Shown here: one piece after another, positions 24,729-32,589 of the stretch
Layout of the letters: each line of letters starts with the position of its first letter
Position numbering within the stretch: the stretch's first letter is position 1
NCBI GenBank assembly: GCA_051893885.1
Contig: JBJFHS010000250.1
Span: 1 to 39,181, forward strand
Direction: 5' to 3'
From: Eubacteriales bacterium
Lineage (GTDB): Bacteria > Bacillota > Clostridia > Oscillospirales > CAG-272
Length of the DNA stretch: 39,181 bases
The notes under the pieces: generated by a model
What the model was told of the DNA's origin: nothing
The model's database searches: none
The model's input: the letters and a program-made list of their open reading frames with translations, nothing else
Position numbers and translations under genes: made by a program

Positions 24729-26531
24729 TTATTTCTTAGAGATAGCGCCAAACTTACACTTTTCAATACAAGCTCCGCACTTTACGCACTTTTCCTTATC
24801 GATAACGTGAGCTTCCTTAACCTTACCGCTGATAGCACCAGCCGGGCAGTTTCTCGCGCAGAGAGTACATCCGCGGCACTTGTCGGGATCGATTTCGTAG
24901 GAGAGAAGCTTCTTGCAGACGCCTGCGGGGCACTTCTTGTCGACGATGTGTGCGATATATTCGTCGCGGAAGAAGTGGAGAGTGGAGAGAATCGGGTTGG
25001 GCGCTGTCTGACCGAGTGCGCAGAGAGAAGCGGACTTTATGTAGTTAGCCAGTTCTTCAAGCTTGTCAAGGTCTTCCATTTCGCCGTTGCCGGATGTAAT
25101 CTTGTTGAGTATCTCGAGAAGTCTTACCGTACCGATACGGCAGGGAGAGCACTTACCGCAGGATTCGTCGACTGTGAACTCGAGGAAGAATTTAGCGATA
25201 TCGACCATACAGGTGTCCTCGTCCATTACGATAAGACCGCCGGAACCCATCATGCAGCCGATTTTTGTGAGGTTGTCAAAGTCGATAGGTGTGTCGATGA
25301 GGGAAGCGGGGATACATCCGCCGGAAGGACCGCCTGTCTGAGCAGCCTTGAACTTCTTTCCGTTCGGTACGCCGCCGCCGATTTCCTCGACGATTTCACG
25401 GAGCGTTGTACCCATCGGAATTTCAACGAGACCTGTGTTCTTGATCTTGCCGCCGAGAGCGAATACCTTAGTACCCTTTGAACCCTCAGTACCCATGGAA
25501 GCGAACCAGTCCGCACCCTTGAGGATGATCTGAGCGACGTTAGCGAGGGTTTCAACGTTGTTTACGATGGTAGGCTGACCCCAGAGACCCTTGACTGCCG
25601 GGAACGGAGGACGGGGACGGGGTTCGCCGCGGTTGCCTTCGATGGAGGTGAGAAGAGCTGTTTCTTCACCGCATACGAACGCGCCGGCGCCGAGTCTGAT
25701 GTGAATATCGAAGTTGAAGCCTGTTCCGAAGATATCCTTGCCGAGCAGACCGTATTCTCTCGCCTGTTCGATAGCGATGTTGAGTCTCTTTACGGCGATA
25801 GGATACTCAGCGCGGACGTAGATCCAACCCTCGTCAGCTCCGATAGCGTAGCCGGCGATAGCCATAGCTTCGAGAACGGAGTGCGGGTCGCCTTCGAGAA
25901 CGGAACGGTCCATGAACGCACCCGGGTCGCCCTCGTCGGCGTTACATACGACGTATTTTTTGTCGGAAACGGAAGCGCGTGCGAACTGCCACTTGCGTCC
26001 TGTCGGGAATCCGCCGCCGCCTCTGCCTCTTAGTCCTGAGTCGAGGATGGTCTTGATTACGTCTTCGGGAGTCATTTCCTTGAGGACCTTGGCGAGTGCA
26101 AAGTAACCGTCCATTGCGATGTACTCGTCGATAACTTCGGGGTTGATAACACCGCAGTTACGGAGAGCGACTCTCTTCTGCTTCTTGTAGAATGCGGTCT
26201 GGTTGAGGGATGCGGCAACTGCTTCTTCCTCGCCCTTTGTGTCTCCGGTTTCATTGTATACAAGGCGTTCGACGATACGGCCCTTGAGGAGGTGTTCGGA
26301 TACGATTTCGGGGATATCCTCGGGAGTTACTCTTGAATAGAAGGTTCCTTCGGGATAGATAATCATAATCGGACCGAGTGCGCAGAGACCGAAGCAGCCC
26401 GTCTGGACTATTTTGACCTCCTCCTCAAGTCCTTTTATCTTAAGCTCATCGGCGAGCTTTTCACGGATGGCACGGCTGCCAGAGGAAGTACATCCCGTAC
26501 CGCCGCACACCAATACATGAGAACGAATCAT
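24729..26531 (-). CDS. hydB: HydB, NuoF-like flavoprotein subunit (NAD(P)H/FMN-binding) with Trx-like 2Fe-2S N-domain and C-terminal 2x[4Fe-4S]
   Basis: It contains GRGGGGFPTGRKW (FMN site), ESCGKCSPCR, and the C-terminal CRGCTLCARNCP and CVKCGACIEKC motifs. The RBS is AGGAGGA. Confidence 0.9.
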   Translation of the reverse strand: MIRSHVLVCGGTGCTSSGSRAIREKLADELKIKGLEEEVKIVQTGCFGLCALGPIMIIYPEGTFYSRVTPEDIPEIVSEHLLKGRIVERLVYNETGDTKGEEEAVAASLNQTAFYKKQKRVALRNCGVINPEVIDEYIAMDGYFALAKVLKEMTPEDVIKTILDSGLRGRGGGGFPTGRKWQFARASVSDKKYVVCNADEGDPGAFMDRSVLEGDPHSVLEAMAIAGYAIGADEGWIYVRAEYPIAVKRLNIAIEQAREYGLLGKDIFGTGFNFDIHIRLGAGAFVCGEETALLTSIEGNRGEPRPRPPFPAVKGLWGQPTIVNNVETLANVAQIILKGADWFASMGTEGSKGTKVFALGGKIKNTGLVEIPMGTTLREIVEEIGGGVPNGKKFKAAQTGGPSGGCIPASLIDTPIDFDNLTKIGCMMGSGGLIVMDEDTCMVDIAKFFLEFTVDESCGKCSPCRIGTVRLLEILNKITSGNGEMEDLDKLEELANYIKSASLCALGQTAPNPILSTLHFFRDEYIAHIVDKKCPAGVCKKLLSYEIDPDKCRGCTLCARNCPAGAISGKVKEAHVIDKEKCVKCGACIEKCKFGAISKK

Positions 26532-26553
26532 AAGTGTTTTTTCCTCCTAAAAG

Positions 26554-26925
26554 TTATATCTTGGTCGCGCCGATTGTGTATTCTGTAACGATTTCGCCGC
26601 CTTTGATGTGCTTTTCGATAACTTCTGCGGCGCGCTCTGCTGTCATCTTGACGTATGTTACCTTTTCCTTGTCCTTTTCGTAAACTTCTACGACGGGCTC
26701 GTACTGGCAGATACCGATGCAGCCGGTCTGGGTGACTGTTACCTTATCGGAAAGACCCGAGTTTGAGATTCCCTCAACAAAAGCGTTGAGTACAGGACGT
26801 GCACCCGCAGCGATTCCGCAGGTAGCCATGCCGACTACTATTCTGATGTCTCCGCTGGAGGTGCGGACAGAAACCTTGTCCTGCATTTTGGCCTTTATAG
26901 CCTTGAGTTCCTCAAGTGACTTCAT
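26554..26925 (-). CDS. Thioredoxin-like [2Fe-2S] ferredoxin (HndB/HydD-like small subunit)
   Basis: The 123-aa protein has the GMATCGIAAG...TGCIGICQYEP cysteine pattern. Confidence 0.8.
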   Translation of the reverse strand: MKSLEELKAIKAKMQDKVSVRTSSGDIRIVVGMATCGIAAGARPVLNAFVEGISNSGLSDKVTVTQTGCIGICQYEPVVEVYEKDKEKVTYVKMTAERAAEVIEKHIKGGEIVTEYTIGATKI

Positions 26926-26994
26926 AATGTGGTATTCCTTTCTATTTTGTAAAAATAATTAACTGTTTTAATAAGTTTATGCGACTTTACCTTT

Positions 26995-27558
26995 TCAGCT
27001 CTGCTTACCTGTAAGCTCAGCATACTGCTCCCTGAGATATCCGTCTATCCATGTCAGAATTTCCGGCTCCGCGAGGGATATGTCCTCTCCCAGAGTTTCT
27101 CTCAGTTCACGGCAGGACAGCTCAACCTTTCCCTCCGGCATTGTGTGCGTAAAGGTGAAGTTGACGTCGGGCGAGCCCTGAATCAGCGTCGTCACCGTTG
27201 ACACAATATCGCCAAGCGGGATAAAGTCGATGTGATTTTTGCCGAACTTTGCCGTGGTCGTGGTGCCGTGGTTTTCGCTGACCGTCTCGGAAACAGACTC
27301 GACCTTGACCCAGCCGCCCGTCATCTCCGCGAGCATGGTGAGAAACGGCACGCCGAGTCCGACCTTGCGCGTTTTGCGGGTGGTGAAGAACGGATTCGTC
27401 AGCTTTTTTACCTGTTCCTCCGTCATTCCGCAGCCGTTGTCGCTCACGCTGAAGTAAAGCCATTCGCCGTCCTCGGTGAGGGTAATCGAAATCTCAGTCG
27501 CGCCCGCCCTTACCGAGTTCATAGTGATATCGAGCACATACAGTGACAGCTCATCCAT
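26995..27558 (-). CDS. Stand-alone histidine-kinase-like ATPase (HATPase_c) protein without a DHp/His domain
   Basis: It has an N-box-like DITMNSVRAG, G1 DNGCGM, then FFTTRK and G2 GLGVPF. It overlaps the PHP gene by 8 nt. Confidence 0.8.
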   Translation of the reverse strand: MDELSLYVLDITMNSVRAGATEISITLTEDGEWLYFSVSDNGCGMTEEQVKKLTNPFFTTRKTRKVGLGVPFLTMLAEMTGGWVKVESVSETVSENHGTTTTAKFGKNHIDFIPLGDIVSTVTTLIQGSPDVNFTFTHTMPEGKVELSCRELRETLGEDISLAEPEILTWIDGYLREQYAELTGKQS

Positions 27559-28315
27559 TTTCGTCAGCGTCCTTTCGTGTGTCTGTACCGAGCAGGTAAT
27601 CTATCAGCCGGTTGCGCACATACGAGCTTGAATAAGGCTCGTCGTCAAGCGGGATTGCGAAATTTGCCTCCGATATGTCCCACAGATAGTGCGCGTCGGA
27701 CGAAACCGCTCTCGGCAGTTTTCTAATAATCGGGAATTTTTCCTCGTATTCGGCGAGAGAGGCGGCGTCGTTGAGCTCGTAAGCTGTGTACGCCGGTTCT
27801 TCCGGAAAAGTGCCGAGCATTGCCACAATGCCGTTTGAAGTCCGGTCGATGTGAGCGGGATAGCAGACACCTCCGCGTGAGATAACCTCCGAAAACGCGT
27901 CCTCAAGGGTCAGATCCGTCGCGTTTATAAGGAGATTTTCCTCCTCACCGCACACCTCGTCGTTTTCGTCCCTAATGTACTGGTGACCGAAGATCTCCGG
28001 CTTGTTCGGGAATGGGATGCGGTGTTCCTCGACGAATCTGTCGAACTTCATGGCGTCGTGAAGCTCGCGGAAAAGGCACACAACATGAATGTCCTCCGCG
28101 GTGGTCAGCTCCATTCCGGGCACGGGGATCAGTCCCTGCATTCTCGCCTGAGCGAAAAACGCCGGACAGTTCTTTGCGGTGTTGTGATCCGTCAGCGCGA
28201 TGATGTTCAGACCGTTGATGAGCGCCATTCCGACGATGTTCGCGGGTGTCATCTCGTCGTCGCCGCAGGGTGAGAGGCAGGAGTGTATGTGAAGGTCACA
28301 GAAGTAGTCTCTCAT
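27551..28315 (-). CDS. PHP (polymerase/histidinol-phosphatase) domain metal-dependent phosphoesterase
   Basis: It contains DLHIHSCLSPCGDD and IIALTDHNT motifs. The RBS is GAGGG. Confidence 0.8.
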   Translation of the reverse strand: MRDYFCDLHIHSCLSPCGDDEMTPANIVGMALINGLNIIALTDHNTAKNCPAFFAQARMQGLIPVPGMELTTAEDIHVVCLFRELHDAMKFDRFVEEHRIPFPNKPEIFGHQYIRDENDEVCGEEENLLINATDLTLEDAFSEVISRGGVCYPAHIDRTSNGIVAMLGTFPEEPAYTAYELNDAASLAEYEEKFPIIRKLPRAVSSDAHYLWDISEANFAIPLDDEPYSSSYVRNRLIDYLLGTDTRKDADENG

Positions 28316-28327
28316 TTCACAAAGCCC

Positions 28328-28651
28328 TCAGTTCACGCCCGCAATCATCACGCAGAGCTCATACACCGTTTTGTCGGAGGAGAGCACGGTGATGTCGTTC
28401 TCACGCGCAGCCTCGAGAGCATCGGGAAGAAGCTCCACACCCTCGGCCAGAATCACCGCAGCGGCTTCAGTCAGGCTTGCGACGGCGATGACGTTGGTGT
28501 TGGACATGATGGTTATCCAGAGATTGTCCATCTTGACGTGGCTCATCGCGCGGCTGAGAAGGTCTCCGGCGTAGACTGTGTTCCACTCGCGTGAGACGTC
28601 TCCGCAGACAACTTTGAGAGAGAGCTTATCGCATAATTCTGATACGGTCAT
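28328..28651 (-). CDS. DRTGG domain protein (copy 2)
   Basis: It is 107 aa with the YAGDLLSRAMSH...ITIMSNTNVIAVAS pattern. It has a 4-nt ATGA overlap with the upstream gene. Confidence 0.7.
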   Translation of the reverse strand: MTVSELCDKLSLKVVCGDVSREWNTVYAGDLLSRAMSHVKMDNLWITIMSNTNVIAVASLTEAAAVILAEGVELLPDALEAARENDITVLSSDKTVYELCVMIAGVN

Positions 28652-30006
28652 TCCGGTTTTCCTCCCGTCTTATCGCCGTCTTCTTTTTCGGAGATCGGTG
28701 TGATCGGCTTCAGGGCATCGAGAGCCGACTTGTCTTTGTGCTGTTCGAGATACTGGTGGAACATCTCACGCATGATGACCGTACACTCGTCCGCCGTGGT
28801 TTCGCCTTTGACGATATCCTCCGCGAACGCCATGCAGGTAGGAGCACCGCATGAGCCGCAGTCGATTTTCGGAAGGCTTTCGGTTATGGATTCGATGTCG
28901 CTCATCATTTTTCTCGCCTTTTTCCTGTCGTCGGAGAGAAGGCTTGACGGGCTGTATTCCACCTGATTTTCGTTGAAGAATTTGTCGGGTATCCACTCGC
29001 TCGCGGGTCTGTTGGGAGAAACGGGGAGATACCTCTTGAGCGCCTGAAGTCTCGCCTGTGCGATGTACGGGTTCGCTACGGTCATAGCTCCTCCGACGCA
29101 TCCGCCGCTGCACGCATTCAGCTCGACGAAATCAAGGCTTGTCATTTCCTCGTTGTCGATCTGGTCGAGCACCTTGATGCAGTTTTCGATTCCGTCTGCG
29201 GCGAGATACCGCTCGTTGAATATAGCGGACGACTCTCCTCCCGTTGTTGCCCATCCGATTCCTATCATGCCGGATTCGGTGGTTTCGGCGGGGTCGTCCT
29301 TTTGATTCTTCATGATGTCAAGAAGGGCGAAATACACATCTCTGACAGAAACCGTTGCGTCGATGTAATTCCGCTCTCCCGCGAAGTTGTTCTTTACATA
29401 GCTCACTTTCGCGGGGCAGGGGGAGATAAATATTATACCGATGTCCTCGTCACTCAGCTCCGGGTGCTCCTTTTTCGCCTTATCCCTCGCGAGGCAGGCT
29501 GCGATGTCGATAGGCGGGAGTATCGGCATGACGTTGTCGCACAAAAACGGATAGTTCATGCTTATCATCCGTGTGATTGTGGGGCAGGCGGAACTTATGA
29601 CCGGCTTTTTGACGTCGTTTCGCTTTATGTATAGCCGTGTGTATGCAGAAACAAGTTCGGCGGCGCAGGCAACCTCAAAGACGTCGTCAAAGCCCATCTC
29701 ACGCAGCCCGCGCAGAATGTGACCGATGTCGTCCATGTTGTTGAACTGTCCGTACAGAGACGGAGCGGGCAGCGCAACCCTGTATTTGTAGTTTCCTATA
29801 CACGAAATGTCGTCGTGTGTTGCTTTTTTTGCTTTATACGGGCACACCTTTATGCACTCGCCGCAGTCTATGCACCTCTCCGAATTGATAACCGCGTGAC
29901 CGCCGCGGATTCGTATCGCCTCGGTTGGGCATCTCTTGAGGCAGGTGGTGCAGCCCTTGCATTTGTTTGTCTCAAGCGAGACCGAGTGCTTGTAATCTGT
30001 TATCAT
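28648..30006 (-). CDS. Putative sensory [FeFe]-hydrogenase-like protein (HydS-like): 2x[4Fe-4S] + short H-domain + C-terminal Cx2Cx4Cx16C domain
   Basis: The ferredoxin motifs are CKGCTTCLKRCP and CIDCGECIKVCP. The H-cluster-like motifs are ISSACP (instead of TSCCP), SPCPAK and ELNACSGGCVGG. The C-terminus reads CGSCGAPTC-x16-C. Confidence 0.8.
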   Translation of the reverse strand: MITDYKHSVSLETNKCKGCTTCLKRCPTEAIRIRGGHAVINSERCIDCGECIKVCPYKAKKATHDDISCIGNYKYRVALPAPSLYGQFNNMDDIGHILRGLREMGFDDVFEVACAAELVSAYTRLYIKRNDVKKPVISSACPTITRMISMNYPFLCDNVMPILPPIDIAACLARDKAKKEHPELSDEDIGIIFISPCPAKVSYVKNNFAGERNYIDATVSVRDVYFALLDIMKNQKDDPAETTESGMIGIGWATTGGESSAIFNERYLAADGIENCIKVLDQIDNEEMTSLDFVELNACSGGCVGGAMTVANPYIAQARLQALKRYLPVSPNRPASEWIPDKFFNENQVEYSPSSLLSDDRKKARKMMSDIESITESLPKIDCGSCGAPTCMAFAEDIVKGETTADECTVIMREMFHQYLEQHKDKSALDALKPITPISEKEDGDKTGGKPE

Positions 30007-30078
30007 TGATACACCTCGATACGTTATCAGTTATTTTCGGCAAAGTAACGGAGTAACGTACTTACGGGGCGGGACGAA

Positions 30079-30501
30079 TTACAACTTGACTTTCATGGTA
30101 ATTGTGGTGCCGACTCCTACCGTAGTGTCGATGTTCATGAAGTCGGTGTATTTTTTCATGTTCGGAAGTCCCATTCCCGCGCCAAAGCCGAGAGCTCTTA
30201 TGCTGTCACGCGCTGTGGAATAACCCTCCTGCATCGCGAGTGCGACGTCCGGTATGCCGGGGCCGGTATCGCTGAGCACAATTATTATCTCGTCGTCGTT
30301 CACTTCAACGTCAGCGCTTCCGCCGTTTGCGTGGATTACCATATTTATTTCGCCTTCATACATCGCAATAGACACCTTGCGTATGACGTCCGGCGGATAT
30401 CCAAGCTGTCGGAGCTTCTTTTTTACCACAACAGATGCCTCTCCTGCCGACGAAAAGTTTTCGCCGTCCACATCAAAGTGGAATCTGATTACGTCAGACA
30501 T
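30079..30501 (-). CDS. RsbW/SpoIIAB-like anti-sigma-factor-type Ser/Thr protein kinase (HATPase_c_2)
   Basis: It is 140 aa starting MSDVIRFHF. Motifs include EASVVVKK...AMYEGEINMVIHA...DTGPGIPD...GFGAGMGLPNMKK. The start at 30501 has an AAGGGTGA RBS and overlaps the upstream DRTGG gene by 8 nt. Confidence 0.75.
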   Translation of the reverse strand: MSDVIRFHFDVDGENFSSAGEASVVVKKKLRQLGYPPDVIRKVSIAMYEGEINMVIHANGGSADVEVNDDEIIIVLSDTGPGIPDVALAMQEGYSTARDSIRALGFGAGMGLPNMKKYTDFMNIDTTVGVGTTITMKVKL

Positions 30502-30862
30502 GGGCGTCACCCTTGTGTGCGGGATTGTTACCCAGCCCGGCAGTATAAAGAAGACCGCACGCCTCATATGCGCGGAGAGTCGATCGCATAACGGTAATTC
30601 CGCATTCCTCAGCCAGAGCTATCATCTCCGGAGTGGGAGTTTTGCTTCTTACAAACACGATACATACCATATCCATCATATTTGCGGTGCGAATTACCTG
30701 AGAATTGGACAGTCCCGTAAGCAGTACCCCCTGATCCTTTACAAAGGCGAGAACGTCGCTCATCATATCGCTGCAGCACGCGGAGGAAACCTCATGGTCA
30801 AGGCATTCCTCACCGCACAAAAGCTCAGCTCCGAGCAGATTCTGAATTTCTCTTATTTTCAT
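30494..30862 (-). CDS. DRTGG domain protein (copy 1)
   Basis: It is 122 aa with the CCSDMMSDVLAF...VLLTGLSNSQVIRTA pattern. The RBS is GAGGT. Confidence 0.7.
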   Translation of the reverse strand: MKIREIQNLLGAELLCGEECLDHEVSSACCSDMMSDVLAFVKDQGVLLTGLSNSQVIRTANMMDMVCIVFVRSKTPTPEMIALAEECGITVMRSTLRAYEACGLLYTAGLGNNPAHKGDAHV

Positions 30863-30928
30863 GTGTACCTCATTCTGCCGCGCGGCAAATATTCAATTCG
30901 GATTTATTTTAAGGTATTGATAACGATG

Positions 30929-31426
30929 TCAGTCCTGATATTTTGCGAGGATGTCCTTCAGCATTGAGGGCTCAAGTCTGCCGTAAACGTCTTCACCGAT
31001 CGTCATAACGGGAGCGAGACCGCAGGCACCGATGCATCTTGTGGCGTCGAGGCTGAAGCGGAGATCGGGTGTGATAGAGCCGCTCTTGATTCCGAGCATT
31101 TCCTCAAGTTTTTCCATGATAATGCCGGAGCCCTTTACGTAGCAGGCTGTGCCGAGACATACTGCAACGGGATGAGAGCCCTTCGGGTTGAGCTGGAACT
31201 GTGAATAGAAGGTTACTACGCCGAAAACCTCGGAGTAGGGGATGTCGAGCTCTGCTGCGATATGCTTCTGAACTTCGACGGGGAGATATCCGTAGATGTC
31301 CTGAGCCTTCTGGAGCACCGGCATGAGCGCGCCCTTCTGATTCTTGTTTTCAGCGATAACCGCGTCAAGAGCGGCGAGCTGTTCAGCTGTACCGTGGAAG
31401 GGGACAGTTGTCATTGCTTTTTTCAT
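30929..31426 (-). CDS. hydC: HydC, NuoE-like [2Fe-2S] subunit
   Basis: The 165-aa protein has the CLGTACYVKG...CIGACGLAPV cysteine pattern typical of the NuoE/24-kDa subunit. The RBS is AGGAGGA. Confidence 0.9.
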   Translation of the reverse strand: MKKAMTTVPFHGTAEQLAALDAVIAENKNQKGALMPVLQKAQDIYGYLPVEVQKHIAAELDIPYSEVFGVVTFYSQFQLNPKGSHPVAVCLGTACYVKGSGIIMEKLEEMLGIKSGSITPDLRFSLDATRCIGACGLAPVMTIGEDVYGRLEPSMLKDILAKYQD

Positions 31427-31547
31427 AAAGCTTTTTTCCTCCTGAAATATATTGAATATTTTTTATTTTTTTTTAATTATGTATTGCCGCCAACGCCAGA
31501 TAACGCGGCGGTTACATTTTACTCGGTTGGTCCTGCGGATATTACCG

Positions 31548-32381
31548 TTATTTATTGCAGAATGCTTCGACTCTGTCGGCTGCGGCTTCGAGGTAATCGT
31601 TTTCCATGAGCTCGATCACGCCCTTGTCTACGAGAGCGGAGAGCTTTTCGTCAATGGGCATTCTTCCGAGCAGCTCGATGCCGTATTCCTTGCAGACTTC
31701 CTCGGCTTTTGACTTGCCGAATACGTTTATCTCACGTCCGCAGTCGGGGCATTTTACATAGGACATATTTTCGACAAGACCGATTACGGGGATATTCATC
31801 ATAGCCGCCATGTTTACAGCCTTGCCGACTATCATTGACACGAGATCCTGTGGTGTGGTGACGATGATCACGCCGTCGAGCTTGATTGACTGGAATACGG
31901 TGAGCGGAACGTCGCCGGTTCCCGGAGGGCAGTCGATGAACATATAGTCGACATCTCCCCAGACTACGTCGGTCCAGAACTGCTTTACAGTGCCGGCGAT
32001 AACGGGGCCTCTCCATACGACGGGGCGTGTTTCTTCCTCGAGAAGGAGGTTTACGGATATCATTTTAATGCCGGTTTTTGTTGCGAGAGGGAGGAGACCG
32101 TCTCCTGTTGAGAGGATGTCGCCCTTTGTGCCGAACGCCTTGGGGATTGAGGGGCCGGTAACGTCGGCGTCGAGGATAGCGCATTTGTTGTCGCGTCTCT
32201 GCATGATTGTTGCGAGCATGGAGGTGACTATTGATTTGCCGACTCCTCCCTTGCCGGAGACTACACCGATGACGTGCTTTATATGTGAGTCCTTGTGCGG
32301 CGCGTCGTGCTGCGGTTCACGTGACGAGCAGTTGGCGGAGCAGGTGGAACAGTCATGTGTGCATTCTTTGTTTTCTGCCAT
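31548..32381 (-). CDS. Mrp/NBP35 (ApbC) family P-loop ATPase, Fe-S cluster carrier type, with Cys-rich N-terminus
   Basis: It has the deviant Walker A SGKGGVGKS, a C-terminal CPDCG motif and an N-terminal CTHDCSTCSANC stretch. The start is placed at MAENKE (32381) after GGAAAGGAA. Confidence 0.85.
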   Translation of the reverse strand: MAENKECTHDCSTCSANCSSREPQHDAPHKDSHIKHVIGVVSGKGGVGKSIVTSMLATIMQRRDNKCAILDADVTGPSIPKAFGTKGDILSTGDGLLPLATKTGIKMISVNLLLEEETRPVVWRGPVIAGTVKQFWTDVVWGDVDYMFIDCPPGTGDVPLTVFQSIKLDGVIIVTTPQDLVSMIVGKAVNMAAMMNIPVIGLVENMSYVKCPDCGREINVFGKSKAEEVCKEYGIELLGRMPIDEKLSALVDKGVIELMENDYLEAAADRVEAFCNK

Positions 32382-32440
32382 AGTGGTTATTCCTTTCCAA
32401 AACATTATCAATAAGCATAAGAATTATCATACTTAGAATT

Positions 32441-32469
32441 ATTATATAACATTTTGCCGAAAAATACAA
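32441..32469 (-). promoter_or_regulatory. Sigma-A type promoter for the mrp-hyd transcription unit
   Basis: The minus strand reads TTGTAT (32469-32464), 17 nt, then TATAAT (32446-32441). Confidence 0.5.
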
Positions 32470-32589
32470 GGGTTTCAGCGATATTTAATGGCTTTTTTGA
32501 ATTATTCAGAATTTTCAGCCTGTGCCGGTGGTTTTTCACCCGAAGAAAGTCAAAGAAAAAAACGAGACCCCGAAAAAAAATCAGCAGCC

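Noticed and set aside
24417-25481. A 354-aa plus-strand ORF overlapping hydA/hydB.
   Set aside because: It is antisense to strongly conserved hydrogenase genes and shows no recognisable motifs. Its unusual length is explained by codon bias on the opposite strand.
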